NCBI GenBank assembly: GCA_965655095.1
Contig: OZ296657.1
Location: 60,140,001 to 60,204,000 of the forward strand
Direction of reading: 5' to 3'
DNA length: 64,000 nt
Source: Haplodiscus bocki
Lineage: Eukaryota
Positions 50,801 through 63,249 of this stretch are shown in pieces. Each line of letters starts with the position of its first letter. Position 1 is the stretch's first letter. The notes beneath the pieces were generated by a model. It searched no databases. It was not told the DNA's origin and saw nothing but the letters and a program-made list of their open reading frames with translations. The position numbers and the translations under genes are program-made.

Positions 50801-52840
50801 TGAGAAATAACAATGATTCTCAAACAGCATTCAAAACTCGGATTTGCACCAAAGAAACAAAAGGAACTTCTAAAAGTTATTAAACAATTAACTAAACCGT
50901 TTTATTGAAAACCGATTATAAAGTTAGTGCTTTGATGGAAAATTTTGTAAAGGCAATGAACAAAACATTTTGTTCAATTTTGAATTAGATTGACCACCGA
51001 GACATAAAAAGAACCAAAACCCTTAGAATTCCACAGAATAAAAAAATCAAAATCAGTTTTCCAGAGAGTAACATTTTTCTGGAGATTTGCAGTGGTAACA
51101 AATTTGATTGTAAAGGTGCAACATTCACTTTTACAAGTTTTCTGAGGAAAGTCTAAAGTCAAGTAAACAAATAACTCTGTCACCAAAAAAATGTATTGAA
51201 ACAATCGATACCTTTCCTTCCAGAAAATACAAGGACAGTCATCAGCCAAATGCGAACAAGCCAGAAGAAATATTAGGATTTATTTTCTACAGCGCTTTCT
51301 CGTCCTACACCATTAACTTCAAAACGAAACAGAAATTGGATGATAGGGCCATCAAGGTTAGGAATAAACAGGTCTGTTTTCAACATTGCAAACGAAAGTA
51401 CAAAATTTGGGACTTCTATGAGCCAAGCGATTGGAGAAGTTAATAATTCAAATCGAAGAAAAACCTTTCAAAGGACTAAGAAAAAAGTCAATTTGGTCTA
51501 GGTGAAAACTTTAACGAGATATTCAAGTCTAATAAAATAAACAGATCATAAAGATAAAAACATAAAATTATAAAACTGAGAAAAATTTGTTGAGAATTGA
51601 AAGACGATGAAATGGATTACAATTTAGATGATGATGGTGGTTTTGTTATTGATGGTTCTTCGAAAGATTACAATCAGTCTCTTCTTTAAAACCTCGAAAG
51701 TTTTCATGAAACAAATAGGACAGAAGACGAAGAAGATCATACATAAATTTCAAACCCACGTAACTCTCATTTTGTTATTTGGGAGAAACTTATAACTGTA
51801 CTTGATGCTGACGAAATTTTAAAACCATTCCAGAATCAATTATTTCTGAAGCTAGGAATATAATGAAGAGAGTAAAGGTAGAGACCAAAGATATTTTACA
51901 TTCCGCTCTAAAAAGCTTTCTAATACTGCAATTTACCGCACAATGGGATTACAAACCATATATCACATTTGTTGGTGAAAAAATAATTTAGAGACGGTTA
52001 GAAAGAAACTTCACTAAAAATGTTATTGTATTGAAGAAATAGTAATAAAAGGATAAATGGTAATACAGAACCAACGTTAATCAGTTTTGAATTGAGAAGA
52101 ACAATTTATTTTTGAAAACGTTCGCAAACCTGACACAAAACAATATGTAAAAAAAAAATATTTCTGAACATTGTAGACTCTTTTAATTGAAAGTCAGTGA
52201 GGGTATTAAAATTTATATTACCAATGGAACTATGACCTTCACCTTATTATAAATGAAACTTTCAGTGCAAATTTAGTTAGATACTCTAGCAACTAAGAAC
52301 ACAGATACATTATGTTTTCAAAAGACTTTCCGAGAATATAAAAATGTGTTGTCACTTTTTATTAATATCAATCGTGAAAGGATGGCCTTCGCTTTAAACT
52401 TAAGTAAAAAATAATGAGAGACTTGGGTATAATCTTTTCTCATCTTAAAACATCGTCTCATCGAAAAGTTGTTTCAAATTCATAATTGCTAGGTAGGGTC
52501 ACTGTTCTGCTTCAAAAACCCTATATCAGAAATGACAGGAATTGCTCAGAAACTATTTATTGGTGGAGTAAAAGTTTTAGTACAAAAAAGTTTTTCGTTA
52601 TTAAAAATAATACAAAAAAAACCGAAGGTCAAAGTCTTTTTTTGAGTTAGGAAAAACTTCTCCTAAATCAGCTTTGAAAAATTAGCTGCAAATGTAATGA
52701 AAAATCACCGAAACGTTTTGGAAAAGGGGCCGCAATTGGTTAAACAGCTGTATCTGAAGGTTTCAAAAGAAGCCATTTCTACTATACCAGACGTCAAAAA
52801 GCCTAATCATAGCGGTAAAGGATTTTATATTCACATCGGA
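47850..52840 (+). mobile_element. Heavily decayed remnant, probably a second Polinton-like family (minor-capsid-like and pX-like traces)
   Basis: Traces NWMIGPSRLGINRSVFNIANESTKF (~51330), INGNTEPTLISFEL…NGTMTFTLL (~52050-52250) and LGKTSPKSALK..LAANVMKN…AISTIPDV…HSGKG (~52640-52830) recall Polinton minor capsid and amphipathic pX genes. Assignment by recall only. Confidence 0.4.
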
Positions 52841-52860
52841 AGAAGAAGATGAAGCGAAGG

Positions 52861-54100
52861 CTAACATTTTACTAAGCGAAGCTGGTTCTCTGCTGTTTCA
52901 TATACAATGGGTATGCTGCTGAGCTTGAATTGTGTAAAAAAATTATCTGGAAAACCCTGTAACTCATCCAATTCAATCCTTGTTTCCTTTGAGCTTTCTG
53001 CAACGTGGTTGGCTCCAAGCACCACAACCACTTCCGAACTCACAACGTTTTCTTGTCCCGTCTGTTTTGAAGCCTTAGGTATCATTATTGATATTCTTTG
53101 ATTCTGAATGAAAAGAACTTGACTGTGTTCAATCATTAAATCACAAACACGAAGTGTTACCTCTGTAGTGAATATGGTGGAATCAGATTGAGCTCTCTGA
53201 TTTGTAAAGCTAGTGTCAGGATCAATTTGGAGAGACCAACTCAGGTGCATTCACTCAGTTTCCGCAAGTACCAAGATTCCTTCACTCAGTGTGAAGCAGT
53301 TTAAACAGTTATTGTGCTGAACTAAACTTGCAATCGAACAGAAGTCTAGTTTTGGTCGCATTTTCAAAAGATGCAATTGTTAGAAGTTCAAAATATATCA
53401 TGCTTCTACCTTTACGGAAGCAATGTCTGTATACGGTAATTAATGCAGTTATTATTCTTCTCATTCTAGAAGCCATTGTTAGTGACATATTCTTATATCT
53501 ACACAACGTATTTCTTGATATGACACTCGTTACGGTTGACGTTGCTTGGCTGCTACTTTAGCTGCAAAATGGAAATTTGTCAATCTAAGGTCAACGTAGC
53601 TAACTTTATTTTCCTAACTCAATAAATGCGCAATATAGCTTGCATCTTTCTTGTGCTTACGTTTTCGCGTCATGAATCCACAGTGGAAATATTTATTTCA
53701 CTTTCCACAATTGAATAATAGTGTTGCTAACACCACATTATTTCAAGAAAACCCACTAATCTTGTATCGAAAATAGCACACAGATGTTATTCTTCCCACC
53801 AAATGGGCAGAGTTCGAAAACTAATATTTCGAGTTGGGAGAGAATGCAAGTTGCCCCTCTTGAAAAACTTATTGTAGTCATGAACCTCGACGAAGTCCAT
53901 ATGAGTACTTGTTTAGTGCAAACAACTGCAGAAATTCAAAATTATTTGATGTTTCTTCTGCTATCGATGTTAGGAATAACCAACTTTTGTGGGAATTTGT
54001 GGGCAGTTTTCAAAATCACGATTGTCTATCCCTTCAATTGCAACTTTGCCCATTCAGAGTTTTGGAACACATTTCATTACATTTTTCAAAAATCATGACA
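52861..54100 (-). pseudogene. Degenerate FN3-like coding segments
   Basis: LVLAETE*MHLSWSL (A-B strands) and YGLRRG…RNISFRTLP (E-G strands), with stops and frameshifts. Confidence 0.45.
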
Positions 54101-55619
54101 ACTTACTGAATCGGCGAGCAAAAAATTTAAGAGTTCTGCTACTTGAAGTCTACCTATACAATCCATGAAACCGAATTCGGACTCAAGTTTTCAAACAATG
54201 ACCTAAAAACCTGGCTATTTGAACAAAATTATAGCTCCGAGTTCAAAAGAAACACATTGCACAACAAGGTAACGTGAGGATGATGTCCTATCTGAGTTGA
54301 TTTCCCAGATACAAAAATGTCAAACTACTAGCTTCTTTCTTGATTTCTGAAAGTAAATTACTTGCATAATTGTTCTCAATCAATTCAGCTCAAACAGAAA
54401 TTTTCTAAACCTTCTTTTTTGCCAGTTTTATTGTCGAAAACAAATACTCAACAAGCTAGCTTGCTCTAGCAAGAGGGTTTTATAAAAGCATTTTTTATTG
54501 AAAAAAAAAGAAGTCAGAGCCGATTGAGATTTCAAATAATTGAAGTTTGATGGATTCGTGCTGACATTGGAAGTTTTTTTAATAGCGGTAGTTTCAGCAA
54601 GGGTGTCAATTTTCAGCGAAAGCATAAACGGGTACATTTTCATTCAAACCATAAAGTTTAAAATATCTCACTTTTGATTCAAAAAAATTGTGGAACATTA
54701 GTATACGGGTTGAAAGTGTAAATAAGTCCACTAGCTATGGGAAGACCCCATGATGTCTATGTTGAGAACTGATTTTTAACTTTTGCACTAAACGCACCGA
54801 TCAATAAAGAGAGTGCATTCCATTTAGGGAATAGACATTTGAATGAGATTTCGTAAAGAAGACTGCCTCCTTACATATCTATATACCGTACTCTGACGCT
54901 CCCTTCCCATCACGCTTCCTCCCGTTAATGCTCCCTTACCCTAGTAATGCTCTTTCATTTGGGTGAAACTTAATGTTTTCCCGGACAGCCTTTTTCCCAC
55001 TGGGGAACCGGTAGAAGCGACAAAGGCTCAACAAGGGTTTCAAAGTTCAGAGAACTGACAAAGGTTGAATATACCGAGTGCGCTTAACTACACCAGCCTC
55101 TACGATGACCCCTTCCTGCCGACATAGCCTCTTGTACTATCATTGAAGATTAGCCTCCGAAATCTCCCACAAAACACGAGCTGGCGCTCGTCGCTTTTCG
55201 GTCTTAAGTAGCATCTCACCCATATGGTCAACCCCAAGAAGGGGAAGGTTCTACACGCCGTCTATGCAGACGTGTTATTAAAGTCTGTGGCGATAAATAT
55301 ATAAATCGATGGTAGATTCCACAACAACCGCTCCTATTCTCATCATTCGGTCATCGTATTTTTAGATAATTGGCGAAGTTAATGTGTTGTCATGTCATAA
55401 AAAGTAGCATTATTTATTCAACGCATTTATTGAACAAACTTTAGCTTACCTTACTGCAATCTGGGGATTGAAAATATTTATGAAACATCGCTTAACATGT
55501 CGTTTGTATGAAAATTTCAAATTTTAACGTTTTTCCTCCATTTTGTAAAAGCAGTTTAAAGGATTAGTTTCTGTTTTAAAATCAAATTTCCCCGGAATTT
55601 TGTTTTTTATCATTTTCAC

Positions 55620-55813
55620 TTTCTCTTATTGCTGCAGGCAAAATAGAAAGAGTCTAACTTCAGAGTTATATTGTAGAGTACTCCTGCCAACAGATTGTTT
55701 ATTGCGAAACGTCGTATAGTTGAATCATTGAGTGGTTTCACAATTTTCCCGGATACATGTATTCTTCTTTGACCCGGATGATCATCGTGAAACAGTTCTA
55801 TCAGCTGAAAACT
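55620..55813 (-). CDS. Fibronectin type III exon (not in the ORF track)
   Basis: cttttag|SFQLIELFHDDHPGQRRIHVSGKIVKPLNDSTIRRFAINNLLAGVLYNITLKLDSFYFACSNKR|gt. Open throughout, with the FN3 L-x-x-G-x-x-Y motif. Confidence 0.7.
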
Positions 55814-56089
55814 CTAAAAGAAGCAATACAAAAAATAGAATAATTATTCATTGACTTTTCAGCAATCAAAATCGGGTGAAACTATGGCTTTCAGATGTTC
55901 ACAATTTTCTGAATTCGAAGCATACGAGTGTCTCCGGGACACCCAGGTGCGTCGGTTGATATAATTTGTTTCGAAACTGTTTTTACAACTTAGTCAAAAA
56001 TTTCGAAACCACAAAAGAGCAGTCTGCATCTTTTAACTTTTGTTGTAGTTTTTGAAAAGTTGACGTCCGAAAATTGGAAGGGAAATGTT

Positions 56090-56420
56090 ACGCTTATCAT
56101 CTTCTAACGACCACAGTATACTGCTGCAGTTTGCTCCCTTCGAATATTCGCGTTCATCAACTTAGCAAATGCTCAAAAATCCTCGTTATTATTATCAAAA
56201 TTTCGTTGTACACATACTTGTGGGTATTTTGTTACAATTCTGTCCAAATTTTCTTCATCCGATGGAAGTTTCCATTCAAGTACCATAGAATTTGATCGAA
56301 CATTGGATATCTTGATCCACGTGCACTCTTCTATGGATTCAAATTTTTCACATCCTCGACTTCTGTTTATGTTAGTTGAATGATGAATCCATCCAGCGGT
56401 CAAAGTTTGAAAATCTAGAT
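56090..56420 (-). pseudogene. FN3 exon, disabled
   Basis: IKISNVRSNSMVLEWKLP (FN3 A-B strands), then a stop at 56173-56175 and a frameshifted QQYTVVVR. Confidence 0.6.
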
Positions 56421-59400
56421 AAAGACTCAACATTTAAGGCAACTACACTGAAATAGCCGTCAGAAAAATGCAATTCAGAGGTAAAGAAATCACTTGCAAA
56501 TATTTGATGAAGCTTGCACGCCATTGGTTCAAGTTTTTGAATATTGCTCGACTTGCCAAGGTGCTCCATGAACGAGTCTTCTGTTCAAAGCTCTTGATTA
56601 AAAAATTTTAAAGCGAACAAGATTTTCCAATTTTCAAAGATTACGCTATGAAATATTGCCTGATAAAATTTCATTTTCAAGTTTTAAAAAATGAGAATCT
56701 TTGTTACTAAAGAATGCATTCAAATTGTTGAGCACGCTAAAAAAATTTTCCCTGTTATAGAAATTTTTGACTCTTGGGAAATGGGATTTGCCATTCTCTG
56801 TTCATCACTCAGATCAGTTCTGACCAGTTGACAGCTATGGATAATCAGAGTTGTCAAGTAGCATAAATTCATCTAAGATTGCACCGAAGACGTTTGTTTT
56901 TTAGGCGAGCAGAGCGAAGATTTTTTTCAAAAGGGCATGTCTAAGTCATTTCCCGTCCGTGACAACCCTCTGCGTTACTCGACTTTCAATGAATATCTTG
57001 GAAACTTTTGGGCTGATTCTCGTATCTTTTAGAGAACAAACGCTATACTTTTGAGTCTTGTCTGAACAGGAACTTTCCAAAACACATGCTTTTGCGTCGT
57101 TGACAAAAAATTCGATAGAGCTATTTGCGTTGACATTTTTTTTGCCAAGAAAATTCCGAACAATTTTGAATTTTTTGATACGTTGGTCGTCTCCAGATTC
57201 CTCAGGCAAGTTTACTTGTTTCATTCAAGTGCTACTACCGGAAGTCATCCCAGGAGGTTGTTGTCGAGGCCTATTTCTTACGAACTGATGGGTTTCTAGC
57301 TGAACTAAAGTATAAATGAAGTTTCCCACAAATATTGGCAAGTTGTAGGCAAAAAAGATTACTGGAGTTCTCAGAGCCTAAAGGTGATTTCTTGTCGTTC
57401 CATGGGCTGTATTTACTCCGCATTGATTTTGATTCACCCGAAGTGGATGAATTACGATTATTATAGTGCTTTTCAACGCAATTTCTCATTTCTCAATTTT
57501 GTTAGTAAGTTTCAGTGCAAAACTACTTACTCAAAAAGGATTTTCAGAAGCCCTTGACAAAAAATACTTACTAAAAACGCTTCAAAAACCTCACGACAAC
57601 CCCGTAGCCTAAATTTGTTGAACCAGAGCGATAAATGAGTATTCTATCTCCATATTTTGTCGGTGCTCCGATTAACAGAGAAAATTACAAAATTTATAAG
57701 AAAAACTGAGGTTTTTTTTAATTTCTTGAGCCTTACGATTACAAACTGGCTCGTTAGTTTATGCTAGTTAATGATTGGCTGCAGAAGCACAGCAGTACAT
57801 AACAATTATGATCAGAATTTTTTAGACACTTTCTTGCATGAAAATGTGGCCGAGAAGCTTGAAAAAAATCGTTTTTCTCTGATGGTTTTGAGTTTCGGCA
57901 ACTGACAGGTTTCAGAATTAATATCTCATTGTTTTAAAATCCTGCTCTGAGGCACAGGATGGAACAGACGTCAGACCGGTTGCCACTGCCTGACTGCTAT
58001 CTCGTGGCCCTGTGCGAAGTTGTCTCTTCGAGACCTCTACTGGCTTGCTTGCTCCCTAACTAACGCAATGAGTCGGAAAGGGCAAAGGTGTGCCTATTGT
58101 TGCGTGAGAGGATGAATTACTGTCCTAATCTGGCAAGCAATCTCTTCGGACGTGACGGATACACCAAAAAATTTTTCGACCTCACGGTCAGACATTCTGC
58201 AAAGCATGTTCACTACAAGACATTCGGTTTCAATACTACTCTCGATGTCTTTTGTCTAACCACCTTTAGTCCTTTGCATGAGTTACAAAACGGAATTGAA
58301 GTTTTCGTATTTTAATTGTCTAACTCAGTCATATATTCGTTATTCGAGTTACAATGGTGCTGAGTATACTTACAGGAGTAAACATCAAAAGACAAATATA
58401 TTGCCGGTGATGATGTGAAGTTATCGTGTTCGAAGCGGAACGTGCTTGCTGATTGTTACTGCATGTGTCTGGTTTGTTGTGTGTGTTTCGGCTGGCGCAG
58501 GCCCAAATACTTGCAATATTTGGTCAAGTGTTCACTCAAGTTGGTCACGTAATCGTGTTTCTGACGTGTGGTTGGCTGCAGGTCTTGACAAGTTATTATC
58601 TATGCCAGGTGTTAACGATAATCGCAACTCATTTTCGTGAATCGACTTACGCCTAGTTTACTGCACTGTGCTTGTCTGACGCCAATCACGAAAATCAAAC
58701 CTCCTTGCTAGCGTCGGTATTTGACCTAAATATGGCAACAAGGCTCACAATAAATTAACTAAATCACAAAGCTAAGACCACGAAAAATGTACCGTGTCAG
58801 AACACATTTGTTTCATGGACACAAATGGATGAAATTAGAGTTCATCACAGCATATAAATTTTAGACCGTGTTGAGAAGGTACGCACTGCTGTCGTTTCTC
58901 GCGTGATGCTGGCATCATGAAAATTACACTGCGATATAGAATTAATCAACTTCCGCTCATTTAGCACTGTTCTAGGAATTTGGTTCTGGTTTCACTTGAC
59001 GAGGCCGACATACCGTGATATCAGAGACTGTCAATGAAGTCTCTTTAAGTACTTCCAGACTTGATAGTTGCACAGACTTCCTTATATGAGACTCAATTCG
59101 CTTTCATAACAATTGGGAGGAATTAATATGACATAATGATTTTCAAACCAGTTTACAATTATAAAACTGCAAAAGTTGCTTATAAATTAGGTGGCAAAAG
59201 GTAATGTCACGCTTCGTAACATATGGCATAGGTTAATTGTATATTTGTAATTGTATAAATTTTTCGTTTCCATCATGTTGGCATGAGACGAGTCGCTTTA
59301 CATAGCATTGGAAGATGTTTTGCGAGATTGAAACTTCATACTCCCTGGAGTATCCTCACAACTTTCTGCAAAATTTCTTTTCGTTTTGTGGTCTGTTCCG

Positions 59401-60535
59401 TTGTTCTCTAACTGCCACCTATTCTTTTTAACTGTAGATATGACTCCTTGAGAGGCTGTTGGGTGCGCCATTGGTAATATAAACAGCTGGAGTTGCCCGT
59501 TTGCGGGATTTTGTTTTAAAAATCCGAACTTTTTGCATTTTCTGGCAACTGTATAGCTATATCTTTGCCTCACACGGAAGCTCTAATCCATGCATCGCTG
59601 TGGCAGAGCCATTTCTTGGCGCGATATCCATATTCCTACACGCTGTTGCTCTCCGTAAGCCTGGTGCTCAGCACAAAAGCGCATATGCCTTTCTACTTTT
59701 TCTAAGGGTTTCCTCAGGTTTTCCTTGACATCTCTTGGACTATTAATTTAACTGTTTCCATTTTCGAGCCTATTTTGTGCAGACATTTGGTCTTCGGGAT
59801 TCTATTCGACGACCTTTGGGATTTTTTTCCCGTGAAAAACGAAAGTTGAAGGATTTTTTATGCAGTTAGGTATTTTAATGCTACTATTGGCCAGCCGAAC
59901 TTGCTCATCAGAAACACAATGTAAATTGAGGTTTGGAGAGTTTTTACTTGAGAAAAATTCGATAATTTGGAAAAAGTAGCAAAATTATGACAAAATTCTG
60001 CAAAATTTCAACCACCGTCCTAAACCTTCAACCTAGCTGATAGGGGCCTTTAAATTTGAGCAGTTGTGAAGACAAATTCAAAAGTTACCTCAGAAGCTCC
60101 AAAATATCTGCAGGTGGTAGTTTGTCAAAAGTTGTAGTTTTGGCAACTTTCTCCTCGACTTCGATAGAAACAGTTTATTGATGAGCATTTTCTCAGACAT
60201 GGGTTCAGTAATTTTGACTTCGGGAACACATCAGTAAGGTTTTGGGGGAGAAAATCAAACCAAGTTAGCTCGAGGTCTGATCGTTGACCATTTTGCATCA
60301 AAGCCGTGTGCAGACCTTTCGAGTAGTAGAGTAGTGAGCAGACCAGGTGGGGGGTGGAAGACCCCATGTATTAAGACAGGCTAAAGCGAGCCGACTCGAG
60401 CTGAGAGCCGGAAAGGGTCGTCAACCCGAGCCCAGAGGTCTCGGATGACGCAATACTCAATGTTGATTGGCTGACGACTCGGGTGACGTAATACTCGAAT
60501 TTGATTGGCTGGTGAGAGCAAAATCCGAGTGTATT

Positions 60536-60795
60536 CCGCTCAATGTATTAAGATAGGGTATAGTTTGGCTCAATGTATTAAGATAGGTTATAGTTTGGCC
60601 CAAGGTATTAAAATAGGGTATAATTCGGCCTACTGTATTAAGATAGGTTATAATATGGCTCCTCAATGTATTCAGATAGGGAATAGTTCGGCTCAATGCA
60701 TTAAGTTAGGGCATAGTTCTGCAATGTATTAGGCTACGGTAAAGTTAGGCAATGTATAAGGATAGGGTATAGTTCGGCAATGTATTAGGACAGGC
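60536..60795. repeat. ~30-bp tandem repeat (gctcaatgtattaagatagggtatagtttg), 8-9 copies, in the putative Polinton TIR
   Basis: Directly visible. A related unit lies at ~60365. Confidence 0.9.
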
Positions 60796-60925
60796 AGTGC
60801 CAATAAATAGTATAGGGGACGGCGGCTCTGATCATAACGGGGGGTGTCCTTTGCAAATGTGTTGTTTACAACGGATCTAATCTTTCCTTTTTTTGGGAAA
60901 TTTTCTGACTTTTAGTGGGCCTGCA

Positions 60926-61010
60926 TTTTTCATTACGCGGGCGGATAATTTATTGAGCGTGTGGATATTTTATTACGCGTGCGGATATTTTACCACGCGT
61001 GCGTATACTG
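60926..61010. repeat. ~20-bp tandem repeat (ttttattacgcgtgcggata), about 4 copies
   Basis: Directly visible. Confidence 0.85.
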
Positions 61011-61119
61011 ATATGACCTAATGCTATGTAAAAGATTATACTAAAATTAAAAACGTTAAATGGAGTATAAAAATATTAGCAAAGACATTGTATAACCTGC
61101 ACAACTACATTAGAGAAAT

Positions 61120-61515
61120 TTAAAAACTACTTGTACTGATGATTGGAAGTCCATTAACTTCGTGAACTCCTGTAATTTCTTTTTGCTGGAATTTGAAGAG
61201 ATGACAAGCTGCATACATCGTGTAGAAACCACAAACGCAGGGATCGGACTGTAGTGGTTCTGGCAACATCTGTTCATATTGCCGCTTGAGCAAACTGTAC
61301 TTTTTACGACCAAAGAAATCTGCAAAATACAATATTTGACTAGAGTTAGCGATCATCATCCAACGCTCAACCTGCATATTGCTGGGTTGCGTATTTATAT
61401 TGGCGAAAGTGTCATTGTCAAGAGTTGAAACATATTTAGAGGGAAAAGGGCCACGGTACCGTTACTTGAGTAGTAGGATACCATTGAAAATTTGCAGCAG
61501 AGAAACATTACCCAT
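61120..61515 (-). pseudogene. Adenain/Ulp1-like cysteine protease (Polinton maturation protease)
   Basis: RGPFPS…INTQPSNMQVERWMMI…YFADFFG…PLQSDPCVCGFY. Asp, Gln and Cys positions are retained; the catalytic His (normally GEHW) reads VERW. One early stop. Confidence 0.85.
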
Positions 61516-61516
61516 T

Positions 61517-62858
61517 CTAGATGTTTTTTACAGCAACACCAAATTTGTCAACTGCAACCGAAGACATTCGTTCTCCCAATACAATGAGTTCAGTAACGTG
61601 TTCTAGAGGAAAAGTAAAGTTTAGCTCCAGCCTCAGTGGTTCTCCAACTGGTTCTGGGTAATGAAAAACGTCATTAGCATCTTGAATCGAAATTATATCA
61701 AACAGTAGTAAATAGTGGTCTTTGAAAATATCAATTGGAATTGAGGAGATATCATCTGGAAAGATCATTGCTTTCATTGTTCTAACGTAAAAGCGACAAT
61801 TATCAGCAGCATCAAAGTCTACCATTGACTCACCTCCTCTGAGTGTTCTAATTTGTGTGAGATCAAACGGTTGATACCAGAATGGCTTTTCAGTATAATA
61901 TCTAGTGAACGCAGAGTTTGTATTCATTGCAATAGCAATCCGAGGAACTGGAGCAATGTTGAAAATGTTTTCTTGAGTGAACTGGCTTTGTCTGGCAGGA
62001 ATGATAAAAGTCTTTGCAAGCCTTTCCAAATATTTTAACTCCACAAAAGTGTAAGCAAGCATGTCCATTCGTTTTTTCTAATAATCATCCTTGAGAGCAA
62101 TACGACGAATTTAAAATGAACAATCAGCAAATTTGAAACTAACGTTGGTGTTGTCGCTAATGATGTAGAAATTAGGTCTGCCTCTTATTATTCGTAGCCT
62201 AATTTTGTTATTTGGATATAGCAACTCAGAAGTGGAGAAAAAGTCAACCCCCATTTTACCATTCAACATGAAGCCAACGGGTCTGCTAAGCATTTTCATT
62301 CTCCTTCTGGAAAAAGGTTCAGACAAAGGCGCTTCTATAATTTCCTCAGGAAATACTTCATAGTCGTATCCCTGGCAGTGCAAAACAGAGATGGCTCCCT
62401 TGAAATTGTTGGAAACGTAAGATTTGTGCCCATACAATCCAAAAAAGTTGTAAAATTTGCTGATTGTTGATGTACACCTCAACATTGGAAAAAATCGAGT
62501 GCAAAATGTTCTTTGCATGAGTAACGAGAGGAACTGTTGCCTCTTTCTCCTCCTCCACCGTCGCTTCCTCATTGGCTTTTGTCTTTTCTTTGTGCTCCTT
62601 TTTTACTTCTTTGCTATTGTAAGTTTTGCAACCACGACCCCTGACAGGTTTCAGTTTCAAAGCCAAGTACGTCTGTTTTAAATCAACGTAGCACATCCGA
62701 TTCGTTTGAAATTCAAACTCTATGCATTTTTCGTCTAGTAAGATAATAGGACAGATTTGTTGTTCATGGGACCCTAATACATCATCAACTACTGGGACTT
62801 TCCCTCCAAGATTTCCAGAAACTGCCGAAGAAAGATGGTACCGAAAAATATTCGACAT
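61517..62858 (-). pseudogene. Polinton major capsid protein (double jelly-roll, hexon-like), frameshifted
   Basis: IEFEFQT…YVDLKQTYLALKLK, ILHSIFSNVEVYINNQQI, LLYPNNKIRLRIIR, PRIAIAMNTNSAF…PFWYQPFDL and LRLELNFTFPL, spread over three frames. Confidence 0.85.
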
Positions 62859-62879
62859 GAAAAATGAGAATTGTCTGTA

Positions 62880-63230
62880 AAAATAACCCCTTGGGTCGAC
62901 TGATTTTTTTTGTAAGTTTTGTTAGAATGACTTTGCTCGCAGTCGTTTTCCTGCTACCACTACCCAACTGTTTTCTCAGAGTCTGTGTTCCCACACTCTT
63001 TGCAGTTGTCTTGAACTTGTTTCTACCAGTAACAACCTCTGCCATTTCTGGCGCAGCAAATTCCAACAAGTCAGCACCTACGCGTTTTGTTTTGCAGCAG
63101 GGAAGATATTTTTACGCAGAAAGGGAATTTCAGTTCTTCCGAAAACTTGCGCAAGTGCACTGAATCCCCGTCCACGTTGTCAACCAAAACCTCTAAGGAA
63201 TGGAACCTCTACTTGTCTTGAAGCAACAAT
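62880..63230 (-). pseudogene. Small basic/amphipathic virion protein (pX-like) with a QRGRG protease-site-like motif
   Basis: QRGRGFSALAQVFGRTEIPFLRK…VGADLLEFAAPEMAEVVTGRNKFKTTAKSVG…QLGSGSRK, located between the minor and major capsid genes. Confidence 0.7.
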
Positions 63231-63249
63231 CTTGTAACGTCTCTTAGGT

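Noticed and set aside
55180-55260. 5S rRNA-derived sequence
   Set aside because: Resemblance is too weak; the internal control boxes are not recognisable.
60536-60795. CRISPR-like regular repeats and the IPYLNTL repeat ORF
   Set aside because: Head-to-tail repeats with no unique spacers and no cas genes, in a eukaryotic Polinton subterminal context.
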